This document shows, one piece after another, positions 1 through 6,038 of a stretch of 11,201 nucleotides of DNA. Every line of letters begins with the position of its first letter. Position 1 is the first letter of the stretch. The notes beneath the pieces were generated by a model. The model was not told the DNA's origin. It saw only the letters and a list, made by a program, of their open reading frames with translations, and did no database searches. This DNA is from Planctomycetota bacterium (lineage in GTDB: Bacteria; Planctomycetota; UBA11346). A program made the translations under genes and the position numbers. The stretch spans positions 1 through 11,201 of the forward strand of contig JAYVTR010000281.1 in NCBI GenBank assembly GCA_043788625.1. The letters run 5' to 3'.

Positions 1-504
1 ACCTGAACCATTACGTGCCAAATACGCGCCACACTCTATATTAGTTGACCCTGGACCCGCTGAAAAAAATCGAAGTTTTCTTGATAACCAAGCGGCCAAC
101 CTATTACGATAACCCGATAGAGCCCGAGCATCGATTACTGAAGGGCGAGCAATAGTGGTAACAAATTCTTCCACAGTATATTTTTGCCAAGCTGCAAATC
201 CCTCTATTGTATCAGATTTAATAAATCCCGTCGTTACCGATGATAACTTTGAAGAAATATCATCAAGCAATTGACACTGAAAATTTAGGTCTCCATTGCT
301 ACTCTGATAAAAACCGTCTTGTGGATAATCACTGGCGGGAATATTCCCCGCGGCTGAAGGCCAAGACCAAACAGAACCATTTGAAAATTCGTAGTACATT
401 TGTTGAGAGCCACGTTGTAGTCCCTCAATACCCAGATCTTCTGCTAATAGTTCAGAACCTAAAAGTGAGAGCAGTAAAAGAAAAATTAAGTTTTGCATGC
501 GCAT
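1..504 (-). CDS. Hypothetical secreted protein, N-terminal fragment. The ORF runs off the left edge of the window, so the C-terminus is not present. The likely start is MRMQNLIFLLLLSLLGSELLA (ATG at complement 504-502), or alternatively the ATG at complement 498-496.
   Basis: I reverse-complemented 1-504 by hand and found an open frame of 168 codons with no stop. It begins with a classic signal peptide: a positively charged n-region, a Leu-rich h-region and an A-E-D region. Upstream in frame there is a stop at complement 522-520. GC is about 41% against about 65% for the rest of the window. The product is not recognisable from sequence. The six-frame track omits this ORF because it is truncated at the edge. 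Confidence 0.5.
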   Translation of the reverse strand, partial: MRMQNLIFLLLLSLLGSELLAEDLGIEGLQRGSQQMYYEFSNGSVWSWPSAAGNIPASDYPQDGFYQSSNGDLNFQCQLLDDISSKLSSVTTGFIKSDTIEGFAAWQKYTVEEFVTTIARPSVIDARALSGYRNRLAAWLSRKLRFFSAGPGSTNIECGAYLARNGSG

Positions 505-917
505 TATATTATGTCTTTTTCAATATTTTTTTACGCACTTAGTCACATATTGTGAAATGCGGTAATGGGTTGATGGAGAAATTTACGATGTATTTGGTAA
601 CTGTCAATGCGATACGTCGGGAGTAGCTATTAAAAAAATAGGCTCATTCCCAGTCAAAATAGGAGGGGATTTTAGTTCTGAACGAAACCAGAAAAAATTG
701 AGATGACCACAAAGTATAAATTAAATATTTAATTTACTAGGCCTCGCACGACCTGATTCATGTTAAAAGCTCAAATTTATTGAGCATAATACATAATCAT
801 TGGGTTACTCCTACCAAAATAATGGACTGTCCACAAGGTCAAAAAAACATTATTGACGTTCATTTAATATAGCATCCCGTTCCACCTCACATACCCTCCC
901 CCGCCACGAGGTACCCG
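505..917. other. Very AT-rich non-coding segment, roughly 25-30% GC on sampled blocks. It marks the boundary between the low-GC segment and the high-GC core and presumably carries promoters for both flanking genes.
   Basis: This is the lowest-GC part of the window and has no ORF of 60 aa or more. A TTGACG hexamer sits at 853-858, with A/T-rich sequence (taatat, tatagc) downstream. A TATAAT or CATAAT -10-like hexamer lies 1-5 nt upstream of the minus-strand start codons at 504/498. Confidence 0.4.
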
Positions 918-2528
918 ATGGCCGTCATGCTTTTCTTCACCATGCTCGCAGTTGCCGCTTTGGCCGCCGCATGGATGGCGAATATTCCACGTTTGGCACG
1001 AGTGGCCTTGGTGGTGATGTCACCGGCTCTCTTAATTTTAGGCATGATCCTTGGCTCGTCCGTGGTGGTGCCCGCAGATCAGACCGGCGTCATCAATCGT
1101 TTATTCGGCTCGCCGCTGCCTTCTGGCGATATTGTCGCACGGCATGGTGAACAGGGTCCGCAGGCCGAGATCATCGGGCCGGGTTGGCATTTCGGGTATT
1201 TTCCTTTTCTGTATGAGATCGAACTGGCGCCGGTGGTGGTGATCGCACCCGGCAGCCTGGGCTTTGTCACCGCCCGCGATGGCAAGCCGCTGGGCGATAA
1301 TGAAACCTATGCGCCGGCTTGGGACAGTACCGCTGACATGCTCGACCCAGCGACCTTCCTCGCCAAGGGCGGCCATCGCGGACCGCAAACCACGGTGCTG
1401 ACACCCGGCACCTACCGCTACAATCCACGTCTGCATGAAATCAAAATGATCGAGGCGCTAAATGTGGCACCCGGCACCGTAGCCGTGATCAAGAGCAACA
1501 GCGGCTTGCTTGCTGAAAAAGCCAACGACACGGTACTGGTCAACGGCACGCCGTTAGTGGCCAATGGCAATCGCGGCATCTGGCGCACACCGTTGTCGCC
1601 CGGTGCCTATTACCTCAACAGCCAGGCTTTTCAGCCGACCCTGGTGAAGACGACGCAGAGAGTCTATGTCTATCAGCAGGGTGCGGTGCGCCAGCCAACG
1701 CAAAAGGCTGCGACCGGTGCTCAGGACTGGTCGGTGGTGGTGCGCAGCAAAGACGGCTTCAGTTTCCCGGTGGATGTGCGGGTGGGTTGCGCCGTCGAAT
1801 CGAAGGACGCGCCGTACCTGGTCGCCCTGCTCGGCGATCCCGACCAGATGGTGCGCGATGATCAGGAAGACGAACAGCTTGAGGTCCTCGAAGCCAAGGT
1901 CATCTTGCCAGCAGTGCGGGCGATTTTCCGCAATGTCGCCGAGACCATGAACGCCCTCGAGTTCGTCAATGCCCGCTCGACCATCGAAAAACAGGCAAGC
2001 CAACGGATGACCGAAGAGCTGGCCAAATTCCATGTCACCTGCGATGGTGTGTATGTCGGCAACATCCACCTCGATGTCAGCGAGGCCGGCAAGAAGCTGA
2101 TCTTGACCCAGACCGATCGTGAAGTCGCAGTCAATCAGCAGACTCTTTACAATGAACAGCGTAAAGCTGAAGAATCGCGCGCGGCATTAGTGAAAGCCGG
2201 CGAAGAAGCGGAGCAGCAACGCAACCTGGCGAAAGCCACCTATGAAGTGCTGGTCAAGGAGCAGGGCGCCAAAGCCCGTGGTGCCGAGGCCAAGGGCGAA
2301 GCCGAATACCAGACCATCACCGGCGAAGGTCGCGCCAAGGGCTATGATGCCATGGTGCGCGCCCTCGGCCGTGAGCAGGTGGCGCAATTGGAATTGCTCA
2401 AGCTCGTCGCCGAAGGCAAAGTGCAGATCACCCCGCAAGTCATGGTCACCGGCGGCGGCAATGGCTCGATGGATGCCCTCGCCGGAACTCTGCTTCGGCA
2501 ATCAGTCAGCCCAGGAACCAAGCCATGA
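918..2528 (+). CDS. Flotillin-like SPFH/band-7 family membrane protein (YqiK/FloT-like), 536 aa
   Basis: Two N-terminal hydrophobic segments are followed by an SPFH-like core (GVINRLFG...IIGPGWHFGYFPF...). The C-terminus has the Ala/Glu-rich coiled-coil typical of flotillins (EESRAALVKAGEEAEQQRNLAKATYEVLVKEQGAKARGAEAKGEAEY...). A GAGG Shine-Dalgarno at 908-911 sits 6 nt upstream of the ATG at 918. Confidence 0.85.
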   Translation: MAVMLFFTMLAVAALAAAWMANIPRLARVALVVMSPALLILGMILGSSVVVPADQTGVINRLFGSPLPSGDIVARHGEQGPQAEIIGPGWHFGYFPFLYEIELAPVVVIAPGSLGFVTARDGKPLGDNETYAPAWDSTADMLDPATFLAKGGHRGPQTTVLTPGTYRYNPRLHEIKMIEALNVAPGTVAVIKSNSGLLAEKANDTVLVNGTPLVANGNRGIWRTPLSPGAYYLNSQAFQPTLVKTTQRVYVYQQGAVRQPTQKAATGAQDWSVVVRSKDGFSFPVDVRVGCAVESKDAPYLVALLGDPDQMVRDDQEDEQLEVLEAKVILPAVRAIFRNVAETMNALEFVNARSTIEKQASQRMTEELAKFHVTCDGVYVGNIHLDVSEAGKKLILTQTDREVAVNQQTLYNEQRKAEESRAALVKAGEEAEQQRNLAKATYEVLVKEQGAKARGAEAKGEAEYQTITGEGRAKGYDAMVRALGREQVAQLELLKLVAEGKVQITPQVMVTGGGNGSMDALAGTLLRQSVSPGTKP

Positions 2529-2614
2529 AGCTGCTTTTGTTTATCACTCTGATCGTGGTGCTGGTGTGCCTTGGCGTGATCATCGGTGCTGTATTAGCTG
2601 GCCGCGGACGTTGA
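2525..2614 (+). CDS. Candidate 29-aa single-pass membrane micro-protein (MKLLLFITLIVVLVCLGVIIGAVLAGRGR). It is translationally coupled to the flotillin gene.
   Basis: The ATG at 2525 overlaps the flotillin TGA stop at 2526-2528 (ATGA). An AGGAA Shine-Dalgarno at 2513-2517 sits 7 nt upstream. The product is one hydrophobic helix with a C-terminal RGR tail. The track omits it because it is shorter than 60 aa. Confidence 0.4.
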   Translation: MKLLLFITLIVVLVCLGVIIGAVLAGRGR

Positions 2615-2618
2615 GGAT

Positions 2619-2737
2619 CTGAGCTTGAAGCTTGAAGCTTGAAGCTTGAAGCTTGAAGCTGGTGGCTGCGAGCTGCGAGCTGCGAGCTGCGAGCTGCGAG
2701 CTGCGAGCAACCAGCCACCAGTCACCAGTCACCAGTC
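2619..2737. repeat. Phase-continuous array of 17 heptanucleotide tandem units: CTGAGCT, (TGAAGCT)x5, GGTGGCT, (GCGAGCT)x5, GCGAGCA, ACCAGCC, (ACCAGTC)x3
   Basis: Read directly from the sequence. Every unit boundary falls on the same 7-nt phase from 2619 to 2737. The array fills the convergent intergenic space between the small-ORF stop (2612-2614) and the ygaP-like stop (2758-2760). Confidence 0.95.
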
Positions 2738-2757
2738 AAGTCACCTTTTCAATAAAA

Positions 2758-3282
2758 TCAGCGGTTCCACGGCATTTTGGCGATGAGCATGCCCATCATG
2801 CACGAATCCGTCAGCCCGGCGATGGTCAACCCGGTCCCGACCCCGCCTGACAAAGCGAACCAGTACGGATGCACGACGTAGCCAAGGCCAACGCCGATCA
2901 CCACCAACGTTCCAGCGGCGATGCGCACCTGCCGCTCAAGTGACATGATCGCCGCGCCGCGCACCACCGGCAGTCCGGCGGCTACCCATGCATCTGTTCC
3001 GCCCGTCACTATCACACTTGGACAACCGCAGTCAGCCAACTTGCTGGCCGCCATCGCAGCTCGGCCACCCGACTTGCACAGCAAATGAATGGTGCTGCCG
3101 GCCGGAGTACTCGCCGCCACCGACGCCGGATCAAAAACATCCAGCGGCATCAATACCGCACCGTCGGCATGCAGCGCCCGATATTCAGCTGGCGTCCGCA
3201 CATCGATCAGCCAGGCATCGCCGGCACTCTGCTGCGCCTGCGCTTCAGCAGCTGAACAGGTCGTGGGGGTGGTCATGGTCAT
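2758..3282 (-). CDS. ygaP: Membrane-anchored rhodanese-domain sulfurtransferase (YgaP family), 174 aa
   Basis: The N-terminal part is a rhodanese domain with the active-site loop LLCKSGGRAAMA. The C-terminal two-helix membrane anchor ends ...GYVVHPYWFALSGGVGTGLTIAGLTDSCMMGMLIAKMPWNR. This closely parallels E. coli YgaP (...LGYTV...[30 protein letters not shown]), and the length is the same. An AGGAG Shine-Dalgarno (complement of 3289-3293) sits 6 nt upstream. Confidence 0.88.
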   Translation of the reverse strand: MTMTTPTTCSAAEAQAQQSAGDAWLIDVRTPAEYRALHADGAVLMPLDVFDPASVAASTPAGSTIHLLCKSGGRAAMAASKLADCGCPSVIVTGGTDAWVAAGLPVVRGAAIMSLERQVRIAAGTLVVIGVGLGYVVHPYWFALSGGVGTGLTIAGLTDSCMMGMLIAKMPWNR

Positions 3283-3352
3283 GCTGACTCCTGTGCTCGC
3301 GGAGCATACTCGATAGTTGCAACGTAGCGATTGGCGTACCCCGGAGACCCTC

Positions 3353-4135
3353 TCAATCCCATCGCCAGCAGCTCATGGCCAGGACGTGCCAGGTCCAACT
3401 GTGATGCAATTGATGGACGCGGGGATTTTCATAAACGGGGTGTCCAACGCTGGCAGCTCCCATCGCCACCATGAGCGGCAAGAGATGTTCGTCGGTGGGA
3501 TGCACGCGACGGGCACTGGGCGCCTGTCGCCAAGCGCGCAAGGCCGCCAGGTCGTTGGCCTGCACGGCGTAACTCAACCAACTGTCGAAATCCGCCGCCC
3601 ACCGCGGCGGTTCGTCGTTGTCGTGGATCACCGCCGCCAGGGGATGCGTCGGCGCACCGCTGCCCACCACCATGATTCCCCGATCGCGCAGCGAGCCGAG
3701 CACCGCCCCCAGGCGCAGGTGCTCATCGACACCTCCGCAGGTGAGCGACACCGGCACCACCGGAATGTCAGCACCGGGCCATGCCAAGGAGAGTGGGACC
3801 CACGCCCCATGATCGAGTCCACGATTGGCAGCATGCGCCGGCATGCCATTGGCTTCGAGCAGTTCGACGATCTCCTGCGCTAAGCCTGGATTACCCGGCG
3901 CGGGCCACTGCATGTGTGAAACTTCTGGCGGGAATCCGTCAAAATCGTGAATCGTCTGATTGATGGCCTGCATGCCCACGTGGACTTCTGTCTCACGCCA
4001 ATGTGCCGACACGACCACAATGGCGGTCGGACGCGGCACCAGTTGCGCCAAACCCAGCAGAAACGCATGTGCCGGCACCGGCTCAATGACCAGCGATGGC
4101 GCACCATGCGCGAGGAAAAGGACAGGGGCAATCAT
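3353..4135 (-). CDS. ygiD: Class III extradiol ring-cleavage dioxygenase, LigB/DODA family (YgiD-like 4,5-DOPA dioxygenase), about 260 aa. The track's longer ORF starts at 4168.
   Basis: Conserved blocks match E. coli YgiD: PVLFLAHGAP, PRPTAIVVVSAHW, TIHDFDGFP, WPAPGNPGLAQEIVELL, DHGAWVPL, WPGADIPVVPVS and LRDRGIMVVGSGA. I prefer the start at 4135 (MIAPVLFLAHG) because a GGGAG Shine-Dalgarno (complement of 4142-4146) sits 6 nt upstream and it matches the homolog N-terminus. The ATG at 4168 has no Shine-Dalgarno. Confidence 0.88.
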   Translation of the reverse strand: MIAPVLFLAHGAPSLVIEPVPAHAFLLGLAQLVPRPTAIVVVSAHWRETEVHVGMQAINQTIHDFDGFPPEVSHMQWPAPGNPGLAQEIVELLEANGMPAHAANRGLDHGAWVPLSLAWPGADIPVVPVSLTCGGVDEHLRLGAVLGSLRDRGIMVVGSGAPTHPLAAVIHDNDEPPRWAADFDSWLSYAVQANDLAALRAWRQAPSARRVHPTDEHLLPLMVAMGAASVGHPVYENPRVHQLHHSWTWHVLAMSCWRWD

Positions 4136-4220
4136 GGGCGACTCCCGTAGATGCAGAGGGCATCTCACGTCCTCAGCCTAGCAGGCGGGAAGCCGACTGC
4201 GACTGCTGCGAGCCCAGACG

Positions 4221-4252
4221 GGGTTGAGCTGGAACCAGGTTCAGCTCAACCC
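4221..4252. other. Near-perfect palindrome / stem-loop: gggttgagctg-gaaccaggtt-cagctcaaccc. The stem is 11 bp (extendable to about 13) with a 6-10 nt loop. There is no flanking T/U-tract on either strand.
   Basis: I paired 4221-4231 with 4242-4252 by hand. It lies in the 121-bp spacer between the hydrolase stop (4257-4259) and the ygiD-like start (4135) on the same strand. Confidence 0.6.
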
Positions 4253-4256
4253 AAGT

Positions 4257-5171
4257 TCAGCCAAGGACCCGTTCTAAGTACCAGCCAATGGCCCGATCAC
4301 GGTCGACATCCCAAGCAATGCGATGTGGTCCGCGCTCATCGGCGTGAAATTGGGTATAGCCATAGGTTGACTGTCCCTGGAGTTCCACCGTCACCAGGCC
4401 CTGCCGCCAGGTACATAAGTCGGGCTGCATCATGGTCGCCACGGCTAATGGATCGAACAGCGAAGGCATCGGTTCATAACCGGGCTTGCGCTGCGCGTCT
4501 TTCCAGGCGTGGACTGCGCGATGCAGATATTGCACCACGGGCAGCGGACTCTGCGCCATGCGCTCAAGGTCAGCGGTGTGGAATTTGGCTTCGTTGCCGA
4601 TGTGCCAGGGCGTCACATCGATGGGGATGCCACTGGCAAAAACGTGATGCGCGGCCTCGGGGTCACAGCGTATATTCCATTCCGCGAACGGGTGGCGGAA
4701 TTCGCCAGCCATGGCGACGATCCTTGGAATCTTGGCGATGATGCGTGGCTCTTTGATCAGCGCCATGGCCATGTTGGTCAGGCCACCGATGGTGATGGGG
4801 ATGATATCACCAGCCCCGGCCATGATCGTTTCAATCAGGAAATCGACGCCATGCCGCGGATCAGTCGCCGGTAGCTGAGCCGCGGGCAGACAGGTGCCGT
4901 CTTGGTTGGGCAGTTTATCCAGCGCGGCGACATCGCGTGCGAACTTGCGTGAGGCCATGGTCGCTCCGCAACCGGTCGCTACCGGTACTTCCGGCCGGCC
5001 GGCGATGACCAACTCGGTGAGCGCCTGGCGGCTGCGCGCCGGCGTATTGCCGAATACCGTAGTTACGCCGACCAGGTCGAGTTCAGAGCTGGCACAGATG
5101 AGGGCCAAGGCGAGGGCATCATCGATATCGTCGCCGATATCGGTATCGAGAATGACTTTTTGCAACTTCAT
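4257..5171 (-). CDS. Ribonucleoside hydrolase, inosine-uridine-preferring (IUNH/Rih family), 304 aa
   Basis: The N-terminal DTDIGDDIDDALAL (DXDXXXDD) motif coordinates Ca2+ and ribose, and the overall length and fold signature match Rih/IUNH proteins. An AGGAA Shine-Dalgarno (complement of 5177-5181) sits 6 nt upstream of the ATG at 5171. Confidence 0.9.
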   Translation of the reverse strand: MKLQKVILDTDIGDDIDDALALALICASSELDLVGVTTVFGNTPARSRQALTELVIAGRPEVPVATGCGATMASRKFARDVAALDKLPNQDGTCLPAAQLPATDPRHGVDFLIETIMAGAGDIIPITIGGLTNMAMALIKEPRIIAKIPRIVAMAGEFRHPFAEWNIRCDPEAAHHVFASGIPIDVTPWHIGNEAKFHTADLERMAQSPLPVVQYLHRAVHAWKDAQRKPGYEPMPSLFDPLAVATMMQPDLCTWRQGLVTVELQGQSTYGYTQFHADERGPHRIAWDVDRDRAIGWYLERVLG

Positions 5172-5270
5172 GGCGGATTCCTGAGGGGAGTGCGAACGAT
5201 GGATGCAGCCTAACCGCTGCTATGCCTCGGCGCTAGGAACAGAACAATGGCTGGCTAGCATGAAACGCTG
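5172..5270. promoter_or_regulatory. Divergent 99-bp intergenic region between the hydrolase operon (minus) and the AraC-family regulator (plus). It presumably holds divergent promoters and operator sites.
   Basis: Position only. I could not call individual -35/-10 hexamers or regulator half-sites with confidence. Confidence 0.35.
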
Positions 5271-6038
5271 ATGATCCGACCAGTCCTTGCCCCCCTGCCC
5301 ACGCTCAATTTCGCTGGGCGCTATCATGGGTCACGGGGGGTCGAGATGCATCAGCACCTGGGGCTGGAAATAGTTTTGGTTACCCGGGGCAGCTGCGCAG
5401 TACACGTGGGTGCGGTCACTTTGCGCGCCACCACCGGTGAAGCCTTCGTGCTGCCCGCCAATAAGCCCCACAATCAACTCGATGAGGGGACGGTCGACAC
5501 TGTCTACGCCAATTTCGACCTGCGTCTCGGTGATTTCCCTAGTGAACCGCGGGTGCTGGCCATGCCCGTCGATGGGCTGGCAGCGGGTTGGCTGGGACAG
5601 TTGGCAGATCTGCAGACCCAACCCCTACCGCCAACCGTGCGCAGCGGCCTGGCGTTGGCGCTGATCGACACGCTGGCGCAGGGAGAGCACCATCGTGCTC
5701 GCCAACGCATGCTCCATCCCGGACTGGTCAAAGCCATGCAACGTATCGAGAGCGATCATCTGGAGGATCTCACGGTCAATGACTTGGCCCGCGCGGCCGA
5801 ACTCAGTCCGAGCCATCTCACCGCCTTGTTCCGCCAGCACGTTGGTTGTGCGCCACTGGCCTATGCCCAACGTCAGCGCCTGGAGCTGGCCGCCCGCCTG
5901 CTGCGTAACGCCTACCTGTCGATCGCTGAAGTCGCCGATGCCTGCGGCTATGCCGATGCCAACTATTTTTCACGGCTCTTTCGCCAGACCCACCACTGTT
6001 CGCCGAGTGCGTGGCGCAATCAGGCAGGCGCCGTATGA
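5271..6038 (+). CDS. AraC/XylS-family transcriptional regulator: an N-terminal cupin-type sensing domain plus a C-terminal double HTH. It is 255 aa from 5271; an alternative start at 5346 is possible.
   Basis: The C-terminal signature is LARAAELSPSHLTALFRQHVGCAPLAYAQRQRLELAARLL...IAEVADACGYADANYFSRLFRQTHHCSPSAWR. The N-terminal region has H-x-H (EMHQHLGLEIVLV), typical of cupins. The ATG at 5346 is preceded by GGGGGG plus 5 nt and could be the true start. Confidence 0.9.
   Translation: MIRPVLAPLPTLNFAGRYHGSRGVEMHQHLGLEIVLVTRGSCAVHVGAVTLRATTGEAFVLPANKPHNQLDEGTVDTVYANFDLRLGDFPSEPRVLAMPVDGLAAGWLGQLADLQTQPLPPTVRSGLALALIDTLAQGEHHRARQRMLHPGLVKAMQRIESDHLEDLTVNDLARAAELSPSHLTALFRQHVGCAPLAYAQRQRLELAARLLRNAYLSIAEVADACGYADANYFSRLFRQTHHCSPSAWRNQAGAV

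Noticed and set aside
240-542. 100-aa plus-strand ORF in the low-GC region
   Set aside because: It lies antisense to the much more convincing signal-peptide ORF on the minus strand. The product is of low complexity with no Shine-Dalgarno and no protein-like features. A/T-rich DNA commonly gives such ORFs by chance.
853-881. TTGACG ... TATAGC as the sigma-70 promoter for the flotillin gene
   Set aside because: The spacer between the candidate hexamers is about 9 nt, far from the 16-18 nt optimum. I kept it only as a vague mention in the AT-rich region feature.
2619-2737. Could the repeat array be a CRISPR array?
   Set aside because: The units are 7 bp with no interspersed unique spacers, there is no leader and no cas genes. 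This is a microsatellite-type tandem array, not a CRISPR array.
2506-2850. ORFs 2506..2718 (-) and 2653..2850 (+), translating as SQLAARSSQLAARS / ASCELRAASCELRA
   Set aside because: They are read-through translations of the heptad tandem repeats. Because 7 is not a multiple of 3, each 21 nt produces a 7-aa peptide repeat. They overlap real convergent genes and have no start context.
4136-4168. The longer 271-aa version of the YgiD-like ORF starting at ATG 4168
   Set aside because: There is no Shine-Dalgarno upstream of 4168. The extra 11 residues (MRCPLHLRESP) have no counterpart in homologs, and the ATG at 4135 has a GGGAG Shine-Dalgarno at ideal spacing.
4205-4213. The 9-mer GCTGCGAGC next to the hairpin matches the GCGAGCT heptad unit junction
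   Set aside because: A single 9-mer match in an 11-kb, 65% GC window is within chance expectation given the several phase variants of the repeat. I did not treat it as evidence of a dispersed repeat family.
3317-4741. Plus-strand ORFs 3317..3883 and 4151..4741 overlapping the dioxygenase and hydrolase genes
   Set aside because: They lie antisense to genes with strong family signatures and have no independent support.
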